Below, piece by piece: positions 1 to 11,907 of a DNA stretch of 39,989 nucleotides; the stretch's first letter is position 1; every line of letters begins with the position of its first letter. A program made the translations under genes and the position numbers. Location: NCBI GenBank assembly GCA_003344405.1, contig NOWV01000232.1, forward strand, positions 62,001 through 101,989. The letters run 5' to 3'. Below the pieces are notes generated by a model. It did not search any database. It was not told the DNA's origin and saw only the letters and a program-made list of their open reading frames with translations. The DNA comes from Trichoplax sp. H2. Taxonomy: Eukaryota.

Positions 1-148
1 AGAAATATACTGTAAGCGACATGCATAAGCGATTAAAATATAGACCATGGCTGTACCGTAGCATGGTTTAGCACTAAGGATTGTTAAATTACTCGACAAG
101 AACAGTATGTAAAAATAGAATAGGTGCTGAATTAAGGGGACGATGGAC

Positions 149-3010
149 TTATTTCGAGTTCGGGCTTTTTGTTGGAGAGAATAAAACTTTACCAACATTC
201 TTTCGCTCGTGTATACGACGGAAGGCATCGGTAAACTACAGTTTTATGAAATGAAAGAAAATATTATTTGCAGCGGTGTGATTTAACCAGCCTTATAGTA
301 CAACTTGATTATAAATACTTCACTACTATAGATTGTAAAGTACATTTAGTTATCACTTACATCTTCGAAAGCATGAACAGAATCAATTTTCGGTTTAACA
401 ATTCCGTCATTATACCATCGAACAATATCAGAAAAAGCTGGAGGTAAAATTTTTTTGTAGTAGCCAGTAAACAAATGGCCAAGGTGAACTCCACCAACCA
501 TCTTGTTATCAGCCATCAGGTCTAATGGACTCCTTCCGCTCGTGTTCCACCACTAAGGAAATAGTAGAAGAAAAAAATTTTAACAATGTAAATGTTACAA
601 TTACATTTTTGTGTTAGTTGCTTGCTGCTACGGTTCAATTTCTATTACTTGAACACAAAATAGTACACGTGATAACGTGATAAAAGTTGAGGCTATAAAT
701 TAAAACGTATGCGTAACTTAAAACTAACTTACTAACATACCGTTTTGGCTATACTCATCAAACTACGACTCCCACCAGTTACTATATTAGCACTCCCTGC
801 AAATGGGAACACATGTCCGTATGTTATTGTAGTATCGCTTTACAACAAAAAAATACTGCCAAGAAAATATTAAAGATTGTACTGCGGTAAACCAATAATC
901 AGATATATTTACTATTTAGTATAGCCTTACCATAGACGATTTGTCTGCCAAAGGTTTTTGTTAAGTCATAATTTCTTTTATTCTCCGTGCCACCTAATGG
1001 GTCTAAAACCAGATCAATTCCCTCTGGTTCTAATCTAAAAATGATAGAGTCATTTTAAGACTGTATTAGTCTACTAGTAAATTGTATATTTAGAATGAGA
1101 TATTACTAATATCTTTAACTAAAGGAATATACTAAATATATTGATTCATCATGTCAATTAAAATTAAGAAATATAAAAGCGTAATACTTTCTTATCTCAT
1201 TGACATAGTCTTGGGTTCTGTAATCGATTAAATGGGTATATCCATTTTCTTTTGCGCCTTCATGCTAGTAATAAAAAGTTATTGCATATTACAAATTAAT
1301 TTTCATAGATAGGTAATTTACATTTTATCATTTATTTTATCCATGGGAAAGACTGCGTATTTGTCCGATTTAACAGTAAACTAGCAATACCTTTCCTGCG
1401 GAACATGTACCATAAAGCGTAACCTTAGGGACAGTCCTGCAGAGCTGACCAACAGCATAGCCCTGCATAAGATAATTTTTTATATTAAAGACAATATAAT
1501 GGTAACTTCAATTTCAAGCAATCTAAGCTAGCAAATTATATATTGGTAAAATTGGGTGATATAAAATTTTTGACTTACGACACCGCCTGCAGCCATATGG
1601 CATAGAACGCTTTGGCCTTCTTGTAAATTGCCAAAATTAAAGAGCATGACGTAGGTCGTTAGGTAGTTTACAGGGATAGCAGCCCCTTCTTCGAATGACA
1701 TACTATCAGGCATTACCACCACTAGATCGGCAGCAGTAATGGCATATTCACTCCATCCGCCGGATCGACATACACCTATTACTCGAGTTCCAACCTGACA
1801 AGTAAAGGCAAGAGATTTCTCCAAATAAATACACTTTCTAGCCTAATAGAAATTTATCTGCTACTTCATATCAAGAAAATAAAATTTTAAGTATTCTACT
1901 ACAGATGTAATATCAAGATATCATGATGAATTTAAGTAACTGTAAATAAATAATGTTTTTCATTTAGTGCATTAAAGTATTCATAAAAGCATATATGACA
2001 TTACTCTTGATAGATGTCCTACCATTCGCGTAACGCTCTAATATCAAATTTGTGATACTTACAGCAGGTTCAGTCACGCCTTCACCTAATTTATCAACCA
2101 CACCAGCAACTTCATACCCTAATACACAAGGCGGCGTAGGATTGACATCATAAACCCCTTGACATGCCATCAAGTCAGCAAAGTTAATTCCGCTACAATA
2201 AAGCGATAATTATATGATAATATAATGAGTTCAGAGGATATCCGCATGATAACATATCATATAATTATTACAAGGTAATCTAGGCAAGATCTCAAAAGAA
2301 TTCTGTTAATTAAATAGCAATGTACCAGCACTATTAGAATGCAAAGCAGGAATTTTTAGCTATCTGAGGGCTTCATCATATTTAGGCATCCACTAAATCT
2401 GATAATGGAATGACAGTAGCTCGGTTGCACTATAAAATTTTAGTATCATGCTAAAAAATGGAGCCTATCCACCTGGTGAACTTATGTTTTTAGTGTACAA
2501 GATTCAATAGTATAAAATGCAGTAAATCAATTTATGTTATCAATAGGCTAACTAATTAAAATAAATACGCGTATATGCACGCGCTTATAATATAATTAAT
2601 TATATATTATTAATGGCATTTGAACAAGATAAATTTTGAATAGAGTGCAGAATTAAACGAAGACCAAACTTTCCAAATACTACCAATTTATAAGTTATTT
2701 GCAGGTTATCATTTAATGTTAATGATAGTGGATCGTGTACGCCATCGCTGATTCTAATTATGTACGTGATGATAATGTTGTAAAATGCTCTAATTAGCCA
2801 AGATATAGAATTACATATCGTGTACATTACGATAAATGCTGGTAAAATCAAGTCCATTTTTACAGTTTAAGTGTCCACCTACCATGCTTCAACTTTAATT
2901 CGAATTTCGTCTTTGGCCGGTGCAGCAAGGGATTTCTTTTGTACCTGGAGTTTGTTAACACTGCCATAGCCACGTAGCACTAACTGCTTATTTGTTTTCT
3001 CTTCAGCCAT
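149..3010 (-). CDS. VAT1: Synaptic vesicle membrane protein VAT-1 homolog (MDR/NADPH quinone oxidoreductase-like), paralog A, 9 exons, ~353 aa
   Basis: Exons (minus strand, all GT-AG, total 1062 nt in frame): 3010-2883, 2192-2063, 1794-1579, 1462-1391, 1264-1188, 1034-931, 796-741, 552-361, 235-149. The translation MAEEKTNKQLVLRGYGSVNKLQV...ACGINFADLM...GYEVAGVV...PVNYLTTYVMLFNFGNLQEGQSVLCHMAAGGVG...IDYRTQDY...ERKNVGKVLFSP matches VAT-1 family motifs, including the HMAAGGVG nucleotide-binding loop. Confidence 0.93.
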
Positions 3011-4073
3011 GATTGAATACGTATAGATTTCACGTTAACAGTACGCTATAACGTGCTGTAATATAGAGTTGTATGCAATGAGATTAATAGCAATATTTTA
3101 CTCCCTCATAGCGTAGCTGGTAAGTACAGTTAGTAGGGTTACAAGTAGGCTTTAAGTAATGGCTAATGTAACAATTTCGAAAAGTTTAATTACATTAAAC
3201 GTATCAATATTAATTATCGATGAAGAATCAAATGTATTATCCAGATTCTACCTATGCAGATAAACAGTTCAGTGCATGTAAATGTGAATGTTTCTTTTCA
3301 GGAGGTACTCCATACATGACTCTAGTTGTACGTACTGTAACTCACCTACAGGATACTACAGTATTGCTATACTGTACGAGTACAGCGCACACACTGGCTA
3401 CATAGTTAAAAGCTAAAACTATGTTACTGTACCTGTAACTCATAATGCGAAAAGTTAATTGTAAATGCGTATACAAACGTTGGATCAAACTTCATTTTAT
3501 TGTTAACGCGAGCAACTAGCTGAACTATTGAAACTTGCAGCTTAAATATCATTGAAATGTTAAGTACAAAGATGATTTGCTCCAGTACCAACTTCTAAGA
3601 GGGTGATATCTGATTTCCTAACTACTGTACTGTATATCCGTCGAGCGGTTTTCATAAACATTGGAATCAGCTGAGTCATAGCCAGGGAGGGCGTATGTCC
3701 TTTAGCAAATCGATGACATGTCTAATGATTGCAAATGTACTCACTTGCACGCATCTTGTACTTCATACTATGTTACTCCTAATGTAGCTAATATCTATCT
3801 ATTGACATCAAAATTTCAGATTCAATTTGAATTGACACTGTTATTTTACGTCTGTGGCGACGAAATCAACTCCATCTTTAGACGGTCAAACGATTATCAA
3901 AAACAGCTTATGCACATTGACATTTGACATTTATCCTCATTTTTGCCTAGAATCAATGGTTGCTAGCTTACCTAGGGAAATTTAAAATGGCAACGTTAAG
4001 TCCAAGATCGGCAAAAAGGAGAAAATGGAAGACTTCCACCAGCAAACTTCGCTTTTAAACGCTGCACGATACT

Positions 4074-4185
4074 TGAGATATTGTACTGTACTGAGTACAG
4101 TGTGCAGCTTCAAAAATCACAGTACTGTACAGTACAGTACCTACTTTTTTATACTGTACTGTACAGTACTGTACTGTACTGTACT
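4074..4185. repeat. (CAGTA/TACTG)n pentanucleotide array with palindromic inversions
   Basis: Runs of tactg/cagta that switch orientation at the palindrome GTACTGTACAGTAC. The array generates the spurious YCTVL-type ORFs at 4025 and 4081. Confidence 0.85.
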
Positions 4186-4678
4186 CTCCGAACTCATTTC
4201 CGCTCCCGCCCAGATCAGCTGATGAACGGCATGACGTTATTCAGAGACGGGAAAGCACAGTAGTTTGTTCAGATTTATGGACATTAGAAGAGGAATTTGC
4301 ATAATTGTAGAGGAAAAATGGACTCCCAAAAGTCAAAGTTTATCGGGCAAATAGTCGCCCGAGTTGAAGAATTAGTCCTTGCTATGCCTTCAAACAGCGA
4401 GAAATGTTGAACTTTTGTACTCGGTTCGATCCAAGTAAAGATACCGTAGTACACTAATTCATAGTATTAGATTGTTTATATCCGACCCATGATCATTTCA
4501 GTGACTAGAACTGCAATTATGAATGTGCGACCTACTCCAAACTACAGTAGCGACTGTAAATCAACTCGAATTTAGGTAAAATCGACGTTGATAGGTCCCT
4601 GAGTCTTTTGACTAAAGACTATATAGAATTTATCCAGACGCAAAAGCGCCAATGCCGTACACCACTACAAAAAAGATT

Positions 4679-4935
4679 AATAAGGCTATAATCCTAGCTG
4701 GCCAACAATTTTATGGACATTCATTTGAATGGATAGTTTACCAGTAGTAATTGATTGTTAAGATGAATTAATATTGTATATTCAATACTCGTATACTTGT
4801 ACAATAAGCTATAATCCTAGCTGACCAACAATTTTATGGACATTCATTTAAGTGGGTAGTTTACTAGTAGTAATTAATTGTGAAGATGAATTAATACAGT
4901 ATTGCATGATAAATACTCATATACTTGTTCAATAA
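4679..4935. repeat. Diverged tandem duplication, 2 x ~124-133 bp
   Basis: aataag(g)ctataatcctagctg(g/a)ccaacaatttt...atggacattcattt...gatgaattaata...atactc(g/a)tatacttgt occurs at ~4679-4802 and again at ~4803-4935. Confidence 0.9.
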
Positions 4936-5718
4936 TACAGTGTATATTCTTTAGCGAAGTACGATAAACTTTACCATTTGAACACCGTATTACTAACACA
5001 TTTATTGAATATTTTAAACGTAGTCATTCAAATACACAAAAGAAATGGAAGATATTGTCAAGACGCCAGCACAGCCACTGTGATATAGTCATCATATATA
5101 CCCGTATAATATACCAAAGTTTTTATTATTAGCCCACGCAATAGTTATTAGTTAATTATATTAGACTCAACAAAATAAAAGTAATAAACAACACTTTTAT
5201 GGAATTTATGTCACTAGTGTAAATCCGTACACTCTTAAATTAATTTTGCCATATTTTTAGCTCATTAGGCTATGCTAAAGCTCTAATTGAGTACCGAGAT
5301 TCTCATACGTAATTATTCTTGCTATACGTGTACGGCAAAATAGTCTGACAAATTGTATAAAGATGATTAACAAAGACAAAATAGTAATTAGTCTATAACA
5401 ATATTATTTAGTTCCGTGGTGAGATATTTATGTACTATTTTTATTATTGTAATAATTGATTTTTTAATCCTACTTCGCTGATGGAGATTACAGCCAAACG
5501 CATCATCAGGAATAACTTCGTTTTAGGATTCAGATTTCACGGAGATGACTATATCAGAATATATATATACATGCGAATAATACCAGGTTAACATTAAAAT
5601 GGAAGTTATTACGTAAAAAAATCACAATTTTTAACGACATTATACATAATTATACTACTATATACTGTACAATGTTAGATCTATCAATCTAACCGATGCA
5701 GTCACGGACAGACAATCA

Positions 5719-8700
5719 TCACTGATTCTCATCATTCTCAGTTTCCTTTGGTGTCTGTATGTTCGCATTTTCATCTTTTTTATCTGAGTCCTCTTCTAAT
5801 ATCTCCTCTGGTTCATCGATTACTGATGCAGCTGCAGATGAAATGTTAACGGCGGGTGCTTTACTAGGTGACAATAAAACTTTGCCAATATTTTTACGCT
5901 GCATTAGTTGCTGGAAAGCATCTGCATACTAATTTAATGATTGAATGAATATGTCAATATTCTAGCGATATAATAGTTCCTCCACTTTGACAGTGATAGA
6001 TATAATTACACTTTTATTTACTGAATTATGTTAAATGATATAAAATAAGTACGGTTAGAAGCTAGAAGCCAAAATTGAATGCTCTTTACACTATTTAACT
6101 TACGTCTTCTAAAGCATAGACGGAATCAATATTGGGCTTAACAACGCCCTCATCGTACCACAGCAAAATATCTTGCATTGCTTTAGTTAGAAATTTTCCA
6201 TGGTACTTTTGCATGACAGTACTAAAATTAATTCCGCCAATCGATTTATTTTCCGTTGCTAATTGTATTGGGATTTTATTAGAATTATTCCACCACTAAA
6301 TAAAACAGGATAAAAGCAATATAAATATTGCGTTGAAAAATTAAGTACAGTATATTTTATGAGATTGAAGCGAAATTGAAATATAGTAATAAGCTGTAGA
6401 GGTATACTTAAGCTTAGAAAAAGCGAGATACAGTACAATATTTTTAAGATATTCTTGAGATTTCGAGTGTTCTTATCATTATTTGTATTGACGCAAATAT
6501 ACAGTACTTAACAAGTATTACCATTTTGGCCATTTTCATAATACTACGATTTTCACCCGAGATAGATGTTGAAGCACCTAAAAATAAAGAAAGATCTTAC
6601 AGATTTAGTCTTACTGATCATTATGTATCAATAGGTGCACTATGATCTACGTATTTCTCAACAGCGGTTATTTTTTGCTGATATAAGCTACCACAACTAT
6701 CTACTCTTTTTTAGATTTCTAGAAGCCCAACCCAATGGACATCCCAAGAATCGTACGGTGTTTGCTTATTTTGATTCATTATATGACTAATTCTATTACT
6801 GTACTGTAAATTCACTGTATCATAGAAATTCAAATGAGGAAAGAAAAAGCTATTATACTATTTCCACATGTACACTGGTATTGAAAATTATAAAGGTAAA
6901 AATTGTCAAGTAATACTGCCTACAGATAGAATAGAGTTATTGTAAAAATTTACTTAGTTCGCTCATCTAAGTATACAATCTTTCATTTCAACAGTTATAA
7001 AGTAAACGGTTCTTCTTACCAAATATGATATGTCTACCAAGAACTGCTGTGAGATCATAATTTCGTTTACTTTCGATGCCACCCAGTGAATCTAAAACCA
7101 AATCGATACCATCTGGAGCTAACCTAAAAGATTGCATAGCATTTTACTACCGTACCAATGTAATAATGATAGTACAGTGTGATACTAATCAATTATCAGT
7201 TACAACTTACAATCGAAAACAGTGGGTAATATATGATGAGAGTATCAGATAATTATCATAATATGGATATAACTGCAATAGGAAATGATGTAACATACTT
7301 GCGAATCTCCTGTACGTAATCTTGTGTTCTGTAATCGATAACATGAGAATACCCGTTCGCTTTAACTGCTTCATGCTATAGAATCATAGAATTATAACGT
7401 TATGTGTTACCAATCCTGATATTTTGTACTTGTTCGTATACGAATAATGTTCACATAGAGGCTACTAAAAGATAAGTTTTCAGGTACTGTACCTTAGATG
7501 CAGAACTAGTCCCAAAAAGTGTGATATTTGGTATTTTTTGGCATAATTGTCCAACAGCAAAGCCCTATTTATATATAAGAACAATATCAACGATATAAAT
7601 TTTGCATCTTTTATCCGAAGTCTAAGGTAAGTGACATATTAAAAATGTTTTATGATACCAGTTATAGTACGGATAACCAAATTTTTACTTCGACTAGTTT
7701 CTGGTATAAGGTTAATAAGTTATATTTTATGAACTAGACTAATTGAATTAAAAATCACATTTTTAAAATTCTATAAAGAATTATATAATAAGAACTGGAC
7801 AAGTTCAAAACAAGCAATTTTAACACTACTTTTATTGATACATACCACACCACCGCCTGCAGAATGGCATAAAACGGTTTGCCCTTCTTGTATTCCGCCA
7901 AGTCTAAATAGCAATAAATAAGCGATAACGTAATTCATTGGTATCGCAGCTCCTTCTTCAAATGTCATCTGTTCAGGCATGGCAAAAGCTAGATCCGCAT
8001 CCAAATTAACCCAAGAACTCCAACCTTGATGGTTTATACAAATGCCAATGACCCGCATTCCGACCTAACAGAATTATACAATAGATTTACTATTGCAAGT
8101 ATCGACCGTAATACGTCCTAAATTATGTATTTAGGAATACAAAATATTGATCTGCTGTACAGTAGTTCTTTCACAAAATGTGTTTATGCAATTATTAATA
8201 CAAACGTTTTCATTATTAGCCAAAAAGAATTGAAATACCGTTACATATCTATATCTACCGTAAAATTATTAACTTCTTCGCCGACTGCATCAATAATACC
8301 AGCTACTTCACAGCCAAGTACGCAAGGTAACTTTGGATGGATGTTACAATAGCCTTGTCGAATCATGATGTCGGAAAAATTAAGACCACTAAAAGACCGT
8401 AACATTAGAAAATGGATGTTAACTCATGAATAACAAGGAATTATCGCTTTTGCTGATTAATTTCTTGTATAGTATAGCAACATTGCTAAATCAAAGTCCA
8501 CATGCCAAGTATTTACAATATTGGTATTATAACTCTAACGAGCTATGGAAGTATGAGAAAGGTTTAATTGAATAATTTCATGTCACTAGTTTCTAATTAA
8601 GTATTACCTATAGCGGTAGATTATTACCATAATATATCGCATTTACTCGCATGGGTGCGTAGTTATTGACAATTAGCTTCGTAGTACCCGTTGGAATAAG

Positions 8701-11700
8701 GAAGGATACAGTCAAATTACAGTCATTCCGATAACTTACGAAAGGATACTATTTCCTTCTATTATATATGCGTGGTAATTTTGCATAAAATACTGTAATC
8801 TCATCTAAGAATCTTCATTATCACCGATTTTTAGAGTGCTTCAGTGATGTCACTTATGATAGTTTTTTTATTATTGCACGGTACAGTAAATTTTTTACAT
8901 TTTGCTCACCAGATTATATCATATTTTGATAAGTAATACCGAGTAGAATATGTGGGACTTATTTTAAAATGGCTGTATTAGTTATACGGACGAAATAATA
9001 TCTACGTATAATATTGTAACATTCGATAAAGATTATATAATAGAAATATGAAGACTACAGTGTATATATATATTTATGTGGTAAGTTCCAGGTATGTCAC
9101 CATGTGATATGGTACGTCGGATTAAATTAAAAGAATTACTATGTACCAGCTGTAATGATATTTATGTTATATTACTATTGCTACATATAGACAAAGGGGT
9201 TATAGGATCAAAGCAGTATTTTGAAAGGTACACAATTCGTGGTAAATAATTAATATCTGCGTCAATAGTAATGGTAGAATACGCCGCAAATACAAGTATA
9301 GCTACAATATACTGCAGACCACTATTTAACAATGCGGTAAATTTTTTTGATTTATTTTCATAATTAATGTATTAATGATATATATAAATATAAGTGCATT
9401 GTATGTGTTAGAATGATGATTATCATTGAAAATCAGCATTGAGGTGCTACATTAGCAATGAACAATCACAGGAGGTTTTGTAACAAAGTGCCGTTGTTAT
9501 CAAAAATAAAAGAGTTGTAGTACTTGTATCGGGTTTTCACCAGTAGCATGCAAATTTTCATGAAAATGCAAAGCACCAGTAATGCAATAATTTTCGTTAA
9601 GTTACCTGTGCTCTGCATTTAATTTTTTCATGATAAGAAAAATTCAAATTCAAGTTGTTACAATTTAAAGATAAAATGTGAATAAATAGCTTTAAGGAAG
9701 TAAAGTCAATACTTTCGTACAGATCTCGATTTCTCTTTTCTTAATGACTTACTGGATTACTTATTTCACACAGTTAAGCAAAATAAGTCAGATGTTAAAT
9801 ATCCAAGATGTAGTACAACAGCTGTGCGTAATTTTCCATTTATCATATAATGACATCAAAAGCTATTTTGATGTTGTAGTGCAGAGGAAAATTTAACAAG
9901 AATGATTTAAATTTCTTTAATGATATGATATTACAATGGGCAGTTCAATGTATGATATCCAAATATCAAAAATTAGTAAGAATGTCCAAGAGCTATTAGG
10001 CTACCCGATTTATAATGGCTTATCTAAATATTATGTCCTACTATAAAATGACAATTTGAAATAATAATACCGGTAATAGTATAATATGATGATAATAACG
10101 TAGTCGGTCATAATTTTGTGCTTATCATTTTCAACTGTAGACGGTAATAGGCATGTTTATTACCATTGAAATGATCACACATTTTAGAATCTGGTTTACA
10201 TACGTACTGATTATAGCAGCACTTCAACCTTTAAGAATTAATTACAAGAGCATCTTAAATTTTACCCAAGTGGACCATTAAGGAAGTAGTCTATAAATTA
10301 TAAAAACTACTATAGTAGTCGGATCAATGGTCTAATCTTCTTGATTGATCAGAATAGATTACTCATGTTTTTGCATCATATTTTCATACAGTATAGCGGA
10401 TTAAAAGGGGTGTGCGATGAAATTTATGATGAGGAGTAACAGAACTTGCAGAGTAATTAGAAAAAATAACGACGCATCTCACATCTAATTTTACCCCCTC
10501 GGTTTCATTTATAATTGCTTAGCTATAGGAGCAGCCTAATCTAGTAAAAGCTTATAAAAAATTAAATTCATAGTAATAGTGTCAAAGTGCGATGTTTATC
10601 GTCAGGTAAAGACTATATTATACAGTACATACATGTACAGTATACACCTTTAGTTACACGTGTATAATCATCTGATGGATAAGAGTGATATCATACGAAT
10701 TAGATTCCAAGGAAGCACAGAAGAGCAAATCTTGGATTTTGATAATCATAAATGATTGTACGTACAAATAATACATGTGAAATAGCAAATTAAGTAGCAC
10801 GGCAAATCGGATGTTAGTAAACCGACTTCATGTCGGTAGCTTTCAAAAAGTGAAGAAGATAGTAATAAAATACTGTAGTAAAGGCTAATTATTAATATAC
10901 AATTTCTGATAATTGCTTTAAAGTACAGTTATTTTATTCGCCCAAAAATAATATTATGGAAGGTTTTGATTAATGACGCAAGGGTAACTTTATATAACAA
11001 TTTCAGTCCTCTTCATTAGTGTTTTGTCAATTTTAAGTCAACATATTTAATATTATTCGTAAAGCTATACTTCACGAATTGAAAAGTTATATGACCAGGA
11101 ATACTTAATACAATATGGATCAATTATACACTGATCGCTATTTTTCACCGGGTGTTTAATTTTATCTTTAAATGACTTTATAGTATGATACGAGCGAACA
11201 TATGGAGAAAATAACCAAAACGATAAAAGTCTATCTCAATTGAAAAGTTATAAGACCAGGAATACTTAATACAACATGGATCAATTATACACTGATCGAT
11301 ATTTTTCACCGGGTGTTTAATTTTATCTTTAAATGACATTATAGTATGATACGAGCGAACATATGGAGAAAATAACCAAAACGATAAAAGTCTATCTCAA
11401 TAAAGTGAAACTGTTACAGTGGGTCCACTAAGTAATTTTTCAACATCATTCTATGATCGATCTATGTAAAATGATGAGCAGAACAAAGGTCGCGAACTAC
11501 GAAAAATAAGCTAGTCGATCACAAAAACTACCGTATTATGTCAACGGAATAGTTGCAGTGTCCTAAATATTTTAAAATATAGCTAAATCAGCGATCGTCG
11601 TATTATTATCAGGCCTAAAATATGCTTTAATAAATTCTATGACCTCTTTGTTTCCTATCATCAATCCAAAGACTATTGCACTACTTGAAAATTATAGTTC

Positions 11701-11907
11701 ACAAACAAGAAGCATGAAATTACTTAGTATTTTACTCCAGTTAGTACATATGCGTATTTACCATGTTTCGACTTTAATCCTAATTTGACCTTTCCCAGGA
11801 TTTTCAATAGGCCTATTGAGTATCTGTAATTTATCTAAGCTACCATAACCGGTTAAAACTAAGCGCTTATTCATTTCTTTGGATACACTCTCCTCTTCAG
11901 TAGCCAT
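5719..11907 (-). CDS. VAT-1 family protein, paralog B (VAT1L-like motifs, acidic C-terminal tail), 9 exons, ~401 aa
   Basis: Exons (minus): 11907-11762, 8388-8259, 8064-7846, 7564-7493, 7375-7299, 7123-7020, 6577-6522, 6295-6104, 5928-5719 (1206 nt in frame). Intron positions and phases are identical to paralog A; intron 1 is 3373 nt. Motifs include CGLNFSDIMIRQG, PMNYVIAY, CHSAGGGVG, IDYRTQDY and QRKNIGKVLLSP, followed by an E/D-rich tail. Confidence 0.92.
11077..11401. repeat. Near-perfect tandem duplication, 2 x 161 bp, in intron 1 of VAT-1 paralog B
   Basis: The unit aattgaaaagttata...gataaaagtctatctc starts at 11077 and 11238. Four substitutions were counted by eye. Confidence 0.95.

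Noticed and set aside
2600..2857. 85-aa hydrophobic ORF in VAT-1 paralog A intron 1, and similar intronic or intergenic ORFs (3220, 3718, 12064, 15442, 16624, 18808, 27956, 30953, 35515)
   Set aside because: They have AT-driven I/L/N/Y composition with no motifs or splice support, consistent with chance ORFs.
4025..4263. ORFs of 65 and 60 aa
   Set aside because: They are open mainly because the pentamer repeat lacks stops; no recognisable protein.
4419..4436. GGTTCGATCC B-box/T-loop-like hairpin (tRNA or SINE)
   Set aside because: No convincing A box, acceptor stem or cloverleaf could be built.
9466..9618. 50-aa hydrophobic minus-strand sORF; another frame reads HATGENPIQVL, resembling RPS5 TGENPLQVL
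   Set aside because: Hydrophobic sORFs are expected in AT-rich DNA, and the RPS5 resemblance does not extend on either side.
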